Part shown: positions 17,285 to 26,190 of the stretch, one piece after another
How the letters are laid out: every line of letters begins with the position of its first letter
Position numbering within the stretch: position 1 is the stretch's first letter
Assembly (NCBI GenBank): GCA_965205975.1
Contig: OZ242195.1
Location: 4,448,001-4,512,000, forward strand
Origin: Candidatus Latescibacterota bacterium
Lineage (GTDB): Bacteria; Latescibacterota; UBA2968
Length of the DNA stretch: 64,000 bases
Direction of reading: 5' to 3'
Notes under the pieces: model-generated
Seen by the model: the letters and a program-made list of their open reading frames with translations, nothing else
Databases searched by the model: none
What the model was told of the DNA's origin: nothing
Program-made: the position numbers and the translations under genes

Positions 17285-17315
17285 CGTTATCGCGGCATGG
17301 TTAGCCGCGATCCAG
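17285..17315 (+). repeat. CGTC-type REP-like element, copy 3 (a degenerate GTAG REP lies at 17215-17232)
   Basis: CGTTATCGCGGCATGGTTAGCCGCGATCCAG. Confidence 0.7.
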
Positions 17316-17356
17316 AAAGTTTTTGCCGTTGGTTTTGTTTGTTATTGTATGGAGAA

Positions 17357-18070
17357 ATGATGCCTTCAAGCCAGTTTGAGTTTTTCGGTTTTGCTCACAT
17401 TGCCGCGATGGGCGTCATTCTCGTTGTGCCGATTGTTTTGACTGTTGTTGTCAGGTGGCTGGATTCGGAGCGGGCGACTCAGGCGATCTGCTATGCGTTT
17501 GCGGGGGTGATCGCGCTCAACGAGGTGCTGAATTGGAGCTATCGCATAGCGACGGTTGGGGTGCATGAGTTTGTGCGGGAGTATATGCCGTTGCATGTTT
17601 GCGGAATTACTGTTTTTGCGGCTGTCGTTACGCTCGTTTTCCGACGGCAGACGGCTTACGAGATTGCCTATTTTTGGGGGCTTGTGGGAGCGACGAATGC
17701 GGTTGTGACGCCTCAGCTCGATATCGGCTATCCGCAGTATCGCTTTTTTCAATATTTTATTGTGCATGGCGGCATTGTCGCTGCTGCGCTGTTCGCCACG
17801 TGGGGCCTGGGCATGCGGCCGACAGCGAGATCGATTTTGCGCGTTTTTGTTTTGCTGAATGTTCTGGCTGTTGTTTTGATCGGCGTCAATTTGATGCTGG
17901 GGAGCAATTATATGTTCCTCTGTCAGCCACCTGTTACAAAATCGCCTTTTTTCTTTTTGCCGTGGCCCTGGTATCTGTTGTTCCTCGATGGTGTGGCGCT
18001 GGTGTTATTTTACGTGCTTTTTATTCCATTTTCGCGGAGAAGATCATACGATTCAAATTTGTTGAGATGA
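17357..18070 (+). CDS. YwaF/TIGR02206 family integral membrane protein
   Basis: FGFAH, MPLHVC, YFWG, QYFIVHG, NYMFL and PWPWY; GGAG RBS before ATG 17357. Confidence 0.88.
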   Translation: MMPSSQFEFFGFAHIAAMGVILVVPIVLTVVVRWLDSERATQAICYAFAGVIALNEVLNWSYRIATVGVHEFVREYMPLHVCGITVFAAVVTLVFRRQTAYEIAYFWGLVGATNAVVTPQLDIGYPQYRFFQYFIVHGGIVAAALFATWGLGMRPTARSILRVFVLLNVLAVVLIGVNLMLGSNYMFLCQPPVTKSPFFFLPWPWYLLFLDGVALVLFYVLFIPFSRRRSYDSNLLR

Positions 18071-20294
18071 TAGATCAATACGCAAAATATCTGATTCTCC
18101 TGATGCTCGTGGGCGCGAGTGCGTGTTTTGCGGCAACGCCTTTTACGCCTCGTTATCCGGATGCCGTGCATGAGTCCTGGCGCTGGCGATCTTTTCCGGA
18201 ATTGAAGGGGCAAAGGGCGTCGTGTTTGGCGCAGGATGGGGATGGCAATTTTTTATTTGGGACGGATAAGGGTATTTATCGCTATGACGGAATAAACTGG
18301 CATCTTTTTCCGTTTGATGAGGGGATGGTTGGGGCGCAGATTAACACGCTTTATGTCGCTCGGGATGGAGGTGTTTATGTGGGGTCTGATCGGGGTATTA
18401 GTCGTTTTGAGAATGGGGCGTGGGTACGGGTATTTCCATCTGAGGGAGAATGGAATGTCTGGGATTTGATGGAGGCACGGGACGGGAGTTTGTGGGCGGG
18501 TACGGAATGGGGTGCGCTCAGGTTGACGGTTCTCTGTGGTTTGCCGCGGGTGTGGATTGGTGGTTATATGATGGCTTTCTCGGTGGGGTGGTGGTTTTTG
18601 ATGGGGTGAGATGGACACATTATGCTTCTCCGGAGATGGCGCGCTATGCTTATGGGATCGGGCAGAGTTCTGATGGTGTTTTGTGGTTTGGCGGAAGGCT
18701 GTTCGGTTTTGATGGGGTGCGAGAGGTGCCATTTACTGGTCCGGGGAAGTTGACGAATGATTTTATCGATGCTGTTTATACACAGGGAGACCTGTGGTTG
18801 GGGTCCCGAACTTATGGGGTGTTTCGGTATGATGGGACGGCGTGGCAGCAGTTCGATTATGGCGATGGGCTGGCGGATAATGGGGTGCGAAGTATTTTCC
18901 AGGATCGGGCTGGTGCGATTTGGGTGGGGACAGCAGAGGGTGTTAGCCGGTTTGATGGGCGCACATGGTTGCCACAGGCTTTACCTTCTGGACTTCCGCG
19001 TACAGAGTTTTATGATTCGATTCTTCAGTCTGGAGACGGGGCACTCTGGCTCAATTCTGTATCTGATGTAGATGCCTGGCTCAGACGGTCAGAATCCGAG
19101 GGCGTTGCGGTGTGTACTCTGCGTACGATCCGATATGTGCCAGAGACAGACCCACCTGAAACCCTGGTGACCATTGTTCAGGATGAGGTCTCTCAGGGCG
19201 GAAAGATAAATTTCGCGTGGACAGGGATAGACGCCTGGCGAAGTACGTTGCGTGAAGATCTGCAATACGCCCATCGTTTGAACGGTGGGGGGTGGTCGCC
19301 ATATAGCGGGGATACGATCCTATCCTTTGAAGGTCTGGATGTGGGGACGCATACGGTTGAGGTTAAAGCGCGCGATCTGGCGTATAATGAAGACCCCACA
19401 CCGATTGTGATGTCGTTCAATATTGTTCCGCTGGTGTGGCGCCGTCTGTGGTTTATTAGCCTGATTGTGGGATTTGTGGTCCTTACGGGTTATCTGATTT
19501 CGCGGATTATTGTCAGGGATCGGAGGCTGCAGAAAGCAAATGAAGATCTTGCATCTGCTAATGAGACGCAACTCCTGCAGTCCGCGCGTCTGGTGTCGCT
19601 GGGGCAAATGGTTGCGGGCGTGGCGCACGAGCTTAACCAGCCGCTGACCGCTGTCGAGACAAGTGCTGGGGATATTTGTCTGCGGTTGAAGGAGGGTATG
19701 CCGCTTGAGACGGACGAGTTGAGGGAGATGATGGAGGATGTTCGGGGTGTGGTCGATAGGATGGCGGGTACTGTTGATCATTTGCGCGTGTTTTCGCGCG
19801 ATGTGTCCGAGGAGCCGCGCCAGGCGATGGATGTGAATGAGGTGATACAGAGTAGCTTGAAGTTGATGGGGTCGCAGCTTGAGAATCACGGGATTGATCT
19901 GGTTCTGGATCTTTCTGACGCGCTCCCAAAGGTCTGGGGACATTTGCATCCGCTCGAGCAGGTGGTTCTCAATTTGCTGTCAAATGCCCGGGATGCAGTG
20001 GATGAGCAGACGGAGACGGAGGGAGTGGGTTATGATAAGCAGATCTGGATTCGAACGCGCGTTGAGGACGATGCGGTTGTTATTGAGGTGGAGGATAACG
20101 GGGTTGGGATGGATGAGGCGACAAGGCAGCGTCTTTTTGAGCCTTTTTTTACGACGAAGGATGCGGACCGGGGCACGGGTTTGGGGTTGTCGATTATTTA
20201 TGCTATTGTTCGCAAGCACGATGGACAGATCGCTGTGGAGAGCGAACAGGGCGTGGGGACGATGTTCAAGGTGATGTTGCCGGTGTTGGAGTAG
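18067..20294 (+). pseudogene. Beta-propeller sensor histidine kinase, frameshifted at ~18520
   Basis: Signal peptide and propeller repeats in one frame (18067-18520); further propeller repeats, Ig/YYY-like domain, TM, AHELNQP, NARDA, DNGVGM, FFTTK and GTGLGL in another frame. Confidence 0.8.
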
Positions 20295-21822
20295 TAGGGT
20301 TTTCTATATAGGATGCATACGCCGATCGCACGATTTCCTCGGACGGTTTGTCGCGAATAGAATACGTGCGGCGACGTGCCCAGTATCTCGCCCACCGTTC
20401 GTCGCTGGCTATCCAATTATCCCAATAGAAGACACCATTTACTATCCCAGGGTACTGAGTCAGGGTGTTGATTAATGCCTTGTAGATGTTGGCCTGAGTT
20501 TCTCGCCCGTCATCCAGTCCATTGCGGTTCGAGTCGGTAAATACGAATCGACGGTTTTGCGCTGATGTATCACCTGGTCGTTCGGGTGTTTCAGTCACGT
20601 CCATAGCACCGTATTCGGTAAATACAATGGGTCGTTCGGGATTTGTGTTTGCAAGCGGAATAAGCTGGTTTTGGAATATCTGCCTGTAACGCGTCTGGAA
20701 ACGTTCGACGCTCAGTACTGTTGAAGGACGCGAGTCCGTCAGTGGAAACCACGCACTGATGCCAATGATGTCGAGATCCAGATCTTCCCATAGATGACCT
20801 GCGCCCGATCCCGGTCCGTAAAAGTGGGATGCTGTGAGTACGTCGTAGTGCATGTCATAGGTTAGCAGGCCACTGTACACGGCACGCACGCTTTGCACCA
20901 TTGATCTGAGTTCTCGACCAAAATCATTGGTCATATAACTTCCAGAACGCGTACGAAAGAGCCGGTCAGTCTCCGTGCCCAACGAGTATAAACGCACGCC
21001 CTCGTCCTCAGCTATTCTGGCAAAGTGTACCGCCTGTTGCGTATAGGTTGCCCAGAATTCGGCGACAAAACGCCGGTGATCCGGATGGTTTGGACGCCAG
21101 GGCCAGTATTGGGGCAGTATCAACCCATAGATATTCGGATTATCAGGCGGAACGCCGCGAGGTGCCGGGTCTCCGAGTTGCCACCTGCGTACCGGGCGTG
21201 TGGCAGTTTCAGCCTCATAGGCTTCGAATGCCAGGGTCAAATATACGTCTATCCCGTGATTTCTAAATTCTCGGATCAATTGTCTGAGTGCTTCATCTGA
21301 AAAAGTGCGAATATCTACATTTGATGAGTACACGCGTTCGACCGTGCTGTCCATGCTGTCATCGTAATGTAGCGCGACGGAAAGGCCGATCCAGTTTATA
21401 TGCAGACTCTTTAGCCATTCGATATAGTCCACAGGTATGAGCGTTCCGGTCCTTCCTGCGGCTTCCCATCTATCTACAACATAGCCAGTATCTCCCCAAT
21501 TGCCCGCAGCATGAATGGCGCGTAGCGGAAATTTTATTTTCGTGTCTATCGTCTGGGGCACTGTTTTGCCAAAGTCGCTGGCAAAGATCAGAAAGTCTGA
21601 AAATGCAATCACGCCATCGCCATCCAGGTCGAATCGGTCTTCATACGTCTCATCGCCACGACTTGTCCCGAAGTGTTCGACAAATAGCAAAAAGTCTGGA
21701 AGATCCACGACGCCGTTTTCGTCAAAGTCGGGGAGAGGGCTGGATTGTGATGCGTGTGCGAGAGGTAGCCAGGTCCATAGATAGCTTGCAATGACCACAA
21801 TCAAGATACACAAACGCTTCAT
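20266..21822 (-). CDS. Secreted GH113-like TIM-barrel glycoside hydrolase with an N-terminal EF-hand/dockerin-like domain
   Basis: DFDENGVVDLPDFL...DLDGDGVIAFSDFL; SLGTETD, VRAVYSGLLTY, IIGISAWFPL and PIVFTEYG. Confidence 0.75.
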   Translation of the reverse strand: MKRLCILIVVIASYLWTWLPLAHASQSSPLPDFDENGVVDLPDFLLFVEHFGTSRGDETYEDRFDLDGDGVIAFSDFLIFASDFGKTVPQTIDTKIKFPLRAIHAAGNWGDTGYVVDRWEAAGRTGTLIPVDYIEWLKSLHINWIGLSVALHYDDSMDSTVERVYSSNVDIRTFSDEALRQLIREFRNHGIDVYLTLAFEAYEAETATRPVRRWQLGDPAPRGVPPDNPNIYGLILPQYWPWRPNHPDHRRFVAEFWATYTQQAVHFARIAEDEGVRLYSLGTETDRLFRTRSGSYMTNDFGRELRSMVQSVRAVYSGLLTYDMHYDVLTASHFYGPGSGAGHLWEDLDLDIIGISAWFPLTDSRPSTVLSVERFQTRYRQIFQNQLIPLANTNPERPIVFTEYGAMDVTETPERPGDTSAQNRRFVFTDSNRNGLDDGRETQANIYKALINTLTQYPGIVNGVFYWDNWIASDERWARYWARRRTYSIRDKPSEEIVRSAYASYIENPTTPTPATSP

Positions 21823-21905
21823 ACTGCACCTTTCTGTGCGTTGTTGAAAAGAACACACGTCAAAATATATTTTCAGGCGCAATAGGCAAGCGTATTTGAC
21901 CTGTT

Positions 21906-22008
21906 CTATTGAGAAAAGCCCTATGGCCTATAGAAGGCCGTTGGGCTTTTGTGTGGTTTGTTCTCATTATTTGTGTCCCATATCTCAATGATATAGAATG
22001 AGTTACAT
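21906..22008 (+). repeat. ~100-bp hairpin-containing leader, copy 1 (copy 2 at 25984-26086)
   Basis: GAGAAAAGCCC..GG..TATAGAAGG.CGTTGGGCTTTTGTGTGGTTTGTTCTCATT is shared by both NTPase units. Confidence 0.85.
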
Positions 22009-22015
22009 TAATTTT

Positions 22016-22102
22016 TATTTATACGACAATTTTGTTGACGACGGTCTTGTTGTTTTATATATTTATACGACAATTTTGTTGACGACAATTCTGTCGTATA
22101 AA
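22016..22102 (+). promoter_or_regulatory. Sigma-70 promoter (TTGACG-N17-TATATT) overlapped by four CGAC-N6-GT(T/C)G boxes
   Basis: -35 at 22035-22040 and -10 at 22058-22063; 27-bp exact direct repeat at 22016 and 22060. Confidence 0.65.
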
Positions 22103-22118
22103 AAGAAAGCGAGAGACA

Positions 22119-23363
22119 ATGAATTCATCGACTGGCCGTTGGGTAAGCGACGACGACTTTTTTAATCGCGAACGCGAGTTGCGGATACTGGAGACACGGG
22201 TCCGTGACGGCAATCACATATTGCTTACAGGACAGCGGCGTATGGGAAAGACCAGTATTGCCCGAGAACTCGGGCGACGGCTTGAAACTGAGGGTTGGAT
22301 TTTTCTCTTCGCTGATGTCGAGGGGGCGACCTGTGTGGAGGACGCAGTCGCAGACATCGCACAGGCCGTGCATCCCATTCGTCCCATTGCGTCTCGTTTT
22401 GCTATCGGGATGAAACGCTGGTTGGATGATAACATTGAGGAAATCAATGCGTACGAATTTCGCGTCAAAATTCGTGCTGGTCTGGATGCAGGAAGTTGGC
22501 GTCGTTACGGGGAACAACTGCTTCGCGATTGCGCTATGCAGGACAAGCCAGTGCTCCTCGTCATTGACGAGCTACCGATTCTTCTCAAGCGAATGCTTAA
22601 TGGTGAGGACGGTGTCAGACAAGTCGATGAGTTTCTGAGCCGGTTGCGCGGCGTGCTTCAAGGTATCGGAGACGGTTCTCTGGTCCTCATCGTATCCGGC
22701 AGCATTGGGCTTACCCCTCTGGTAAATCGGTTAGGCATACCCGATCGCATTAATCATCTCTATCCTTTTCGCCTGGGACCGTGGGACCGCAACACCAGTA
22801 TTGATTGTTTCCAAAGTCTCGCGGAGAGCTACAAATTACAAGTTGAGGACGACGTGGCAAACGCGGTGTATGACGCACTCGGCGTCGGCATACCTCACCA
22901 TGTACAGTCCTTCTTTGCTCGTTTGAGGGACCATGCCACCATGCATGGACGAGACCGGGTGACGGTGGAGGATGTCGAGGAGGTCTATCGCACAGGGCTT
23001 CTCGGTCCTTCAGGGCAGAACGATCTCGTACACTACGAGACGCGTCTCAAAGAGGCATTGGAAGATGAGAACCACACCATCGCTATGGAGATCCTCGCCG
23101 AAGCGGCCACCCAGGACGTTTTCACATCAGAAGCGCGGCGTTGCCTTGAAGAGCTATACGCCAGAGTGGTTGACGATGCACAGGGGCGTATTGCGGATAC
23201 ACTCGAAATTTTGATGCACGACGGCTATCTCGAAGATGGCGAAGATGGTTATCGCTTTCCGTCGCGCCTGCTGAAGGACTGGTGGTCGGCGCGTTTCCGC
23301 GATCACCACATACCCCTCGAAAATCGCCGTTCTGACGATGAACTACCGGGAGACGCGCAATGA
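22119..23363 (+). CDS. STAND-like P-loop NTPase with a C-terminal winged helix (small subunit)
   Basis: FFNRERE, Walker A GQRRMGKTS, Walker B VLLVIDE, IVSGS, GIP and LMHDGYL...YRF. Confidence 0.85.
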   Translation: MNSSTGRWVSDDDFFNRERELRILETRVRDGNHILLTGQRRMGKTSIARELGRRLETEGWIFLFADVEGATCVEDAVADIAQAVHPIRPIASRFAIGMKRWLDDNIEEINAYEFRVKIRAGLDAGSWRRYGEQLLRDCAMQDKPVLLVIDELPILLKRMLNGEDGVRQVDEFLSRLRGVLQGIGDGSLVLIVSGSIGLTPLVNRLGIPDRINHLYPFRLGPWDRNTSIDCFQSLAESYKLQVEDDVANAVYDALGVGIPHHVQSFFARLRDHATMHGRDRVTVEDVEEVYRTGLLGPSGQNDLVHYETRLKEALEDENHTIAMEILAEAATQDVFTSEARRCLEELYARVVDDAQGRIADTLEILMHDGYLEDGEDGYRFPSRLLKDWWSARFRDHHIPLENRRSDDELPGDAQ

Positions 23364-25948
23364 ACAAGTCCGATCAACGTATTCGCAAGTTCAATCCGGG
23401 GACGTTCCTATCCGACGAGGAGGTGATTGAGCAGTTCGTGGTGAGAAAACATGAACTCAATATCGTGCTTGAGGTCTTGCGCGGAAATATCGATTCACCA
23501 TCGTGCCAGCATGTTCTGGTCGTTGCGCCTCGGGGGCGGGGAAAGACGATGTTGCTCGCGCGCGTCGCGGCGGAGTTGAATACTGATGATGGACTCTCCG
23601 AATGTCTTTTGCCGGTTCGGTTTATGGAAGAGAGTCACGAGGTACTCAATATCGCGGATTTCTGGCTCGAAACCCTGTTCCACCTTGCGCGGGAGAGCGC
23701 CAGACATGATCCCGTACTCGCACAGGAACTGCGAGAGACGCACGCCGATCTGAGAGATCGCTGGCGCGAAAAGGAACTCGCAGATCGCGTCCTTGCTGCT
23801 GTCCTGGACGCATCGGACCGGCTGGGCAAAAAGCTCGTTCTCATGGTCGAAAATCTACAGTCAATTGGCGAGAACGTGGATGACGATTTCGGCTGGCAGC
23901 TACGCGGCGCATTGCAATCAGAGCCTCAGATCATGTTGCTCGCCACCGCCACGAGTCGCTTCAAGGGTCTGGACGACGCGGAGCAACCGTTCTTCGAGCA
24001 GTTCCGAATCTTGGATTTGGAACCATTGAACACCGAAGAATGCCGTCGTCTGTGGCAGGTCGTCAGCGGTGACGCGGTGAGCGACCACGGGATCAGACCG
24101 CTCGAAATTCTGACCGGAGGTAGTCCCCGTCTTCTGGTAATCGTTGCCGAGTTCGCGCAGCATCGGTCGTTGAGCCAGTTGATGGAAGAACTGGTGACAT
24201 TGATCGACGACCATACCGAGTATTTTCGCAGTCACCTGGAGGTCCTGGCCAGTGTCGAACGTCGCGTGTATCTCGCGGTGATTGATCTTTGGCAACCGTC
24301 GAACGCGGGCGAGATCGCGACACGGGCGCGCAAGGATATTCGAACCGTATCAACCCTGCTCAGGCGACTGGTCAACCGGGGTGCGGTTATCGTGGAGGGG
24401 ACTGGTAGGAAACGAATGTACGTTGCCGCGGAACGTCTCTACAGCATCTATTACAAACTGCGACGCGAACGCGATGAAGCGGCTGTTGTCGCAAATCTCA
24501 TCTACTTTATGGCAGTGTTCTATAGCGAAGAGGAACTGGTAGAGATGTTCGACAAGCTGATTGCGGAATCGGCGCGATTGCCAGTGATTCGCGAGGGTTT
24601 TGAACGGGCAATCGCCGAACAGCCGCAAGTCGGCAGTGTATTCTCTAACATAGCACGGTCAAGCATTGATCAGGCATCTGACCTCGCTACGTCAATCGAG
24701 AATGAGAGCGTCGAACGACTGTTCGAAGAGATTACTACAGCTTTAACAGAAGGGGCATTCGAGAAGGTTATCGAGACCGTGGACCAGGCTTTTACTGTTC
24801 GGAGCACAAATTGGTCTCGGGTACCAGAGTCATTGATCGCCTTGGCATTTCTTAACAAGGCGTTAGCTCACGAGAGACTCGGCGAGTTGGAGATGGCGGT
24901 AGTGTTTTATGATGAGGTGATCGCACGCTTTGGCGACAGTGATGCAATTGATCTCCAAGAGCAGGTCACTTGGGCGTTGTGCGGCAAGGGAAATACGCAA
25001 GTACAACTGGGTGATTTTGCTGCTGCATCAGCGTGTTATGATGAGGTGATCACACGTTTTGGTGACAGTGATGCACCTGCTTTCCAGGATCGTGTTGCTT
25101 GGGCATTGTGCGGCAAAGGAGATGTGCACAGACAACTTGGCGAGTTTACGTCGGCGGTAGCGTGTTATGATGAAGTAATCGCCCGCCTTGGTGACAGCGA
25201 TGCAATTGATCTCCAGGAGCGGGTCGCCTGGGTATTATGCAAAAAGGGAGATGTGCAAAGCCGACTCGGAGAGTTGGAGGCTGCGATAGCGTGTTATGAT
25301 GAAGTGATCGCCCGCTTTGGTGACAGCGAGGTTCTCATGCTCCAGGAACGTGTTGCCTGGGCATGGTCTGGCAAGGCAGATGTGCAAGGGCGACTCGGTC
25401 AGTTTGTGGCTGCGCTTTCTGCCTACGACGAAGCGGTTGTCCGCCTGGGTGATAGTGATGCACCCGATCATCAGGCTCCAGTCGCTTGGACATTGTTCAA
25501 AAAGGGTATTAGACAAATCAATATGGGCCGTGCGAAAGAAGCTCTACACACCTGTGAAGAGATTGAAAGAAGACTTGGTGCCTTGACTGGCAATGAGAAG
25601 ATCGAGTTTACATGGCGCGTAAGGTGTATGCGGGTTATGGTACTGATGGTGCAGAAAAAACGTCGGGCCGTTGTGGACATGTTCCGGTCTGCGTATGCTG
25701 TGTTCGTGCCTGATAACGAAACTATAATGAATGAGATGCTACATTTTGCGCCTGAGTTGATTGCACAGGGTGTCTTGGAGCGTGACCTTATCGAGATCCT
25801 GTCCAGCGACAAGGAAAAATTGGACGCATTGGTACCCCTCATTGTTGCCCTGCTACAGCGTACCGGCGAGGAGGTTCGTGCGCCTGTGGAAGTCCTTGAG
25901 GTCGCGAAGGATATCAACAAGCGCATTGAAAAAAGAATGGCGGATTGA
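23360..25948 (+). CDS. STAND-like NTPase-wHTH-TPR protein (large subunit, paralog 1)
   Basis: ATGA overlap with the small gene; APRGRGKT, LVLMVEN, TGGSPR, wHTH (GEIA...VSTLLRRLVNRG) and five 43-aa TPR-like repeats. Confidence 0.85.
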   Translation: MNKSDQRIRKFNPGTFLSDEEVIEQFVVRKHELNIVLEVLRGNIDSPSCQHVLVVAPRGRGKTMLLARVAAELNTDDGLSECLLPVRFMEESHEVLNIADFWLETLFHLARESARHDPVLAQELRETHADLRDRWREKELADRVLAAVLDASDRLGKKLVLMVENLQSIGENVDDDFGWQLRGALQSEPQIMLLATATSRFKGLDDAEQPFFEQFRILDLEPLNTEECRRLWQVVSGDAVSDHGIRPLEILTGGSPRLLVIVAEFAQHRSLSQLMEELVTLIDDHTEYFRSHLEVLASVERRVYLAVIDLWQPSNAGEIATRARKDIRTVSTLLRRLVNRGAVIVEGTGRKRMYVAAERLYSIYYKLRRERDEAAVVANLIYFMAVFYSEEELVEMFDKLIAESARLPVIREGFERAIAEQPQVGSVFSNIARSSIDQASDLATSIENESVERLFEEITTALTEGAFEKVIETVDQAFTVRSTNWSRVPESLIALAFLNKALAHERLGELEMAVVFYDEVIARFGDSDAIDLQEQVTWALCGKGNTQVQLGDFAAASACYDEVITRFGDSDAPAFQDRVAWALCGKGDVHRQLGEFTSAVACYDEVIARLGDSDAIDLQERVAWVLCKKGDVQSRLGELEAAIACYDEVIARFGDSEVLMLQERVAWAWSGKADVQGRLGQFVAALSAYDEAVVRLGDSDAPDHQAPVAWTLFKKGIRQINMGRAKEALHTCEEIERRLGALTGNEKIEFTWRVRCMRVMVLMVQKKRRAVVDMFRSAYAVFVPDNETIMNEMLHFAPELIAQGVLERDLIEILSSDKEKLDALVPLIVALLQRTGEEVRAPVEVLEVAKDINKRIEKRMAD

Positions 25949-25983
25949 GATGGGCGGCTGGCAGGTTTTATATATCTGAGGCT

Positions 25984-26086
25984 CTAATGAGAAAAGCCCA
26001 ACGGTCTATAGAAGGTCGTTGGGCTTTTGTGTGGTTTGTTCTCATTTATTGCGTGTCATATCCCAATGGTAGAGAACGATTTATAT
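25984..26086 (+). repeat. ~100-bp hairpin-containing leader, copy 2
   Basis: Aligns without gaps to 21906-22008; contains a terminator-like AAAAGCCCAACG..CGTTGGGCTTTT stem. Confidence 0.85.
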
Positions 26087-26094
26087 CGCCTCTT

Positions 26095-26163
26095 AATTTT
26101 GTCAACAATTTAGTTGACAAAATTTTTTCTAATATTATTTTGTCAACAGTTTCGTTGACAAAG
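26095..26163 (+). promoter_or_regulatory. Putative promoter with two TTGTCAAC-N6-GTTGACAA palindromes
   Basis: AATTTTGTCAAC-AATTTA-GTTGACAAAATT and TTTGTCAAC-AGTTTC-GTTGACAAA; TTGACA at 26114. Confidence 0.65.
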
Positions 26164-26190
26164 ATTTAATGAATCATCAGGAGACGCGCA

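Noticed and set aside
17599..18066. 5' part of the 336-aa ORF 17599..18609
   Set aside because: Overlaps the YwaF gene out of frame; the real coding part starts at ATG 18067.
22016..22102. 27-bp direct repeat as a mini-CRISPR
   Set aside because: Only two copies with a 17-bp gap, no cas genes, and it overlaps a promoter; an operator fits better.
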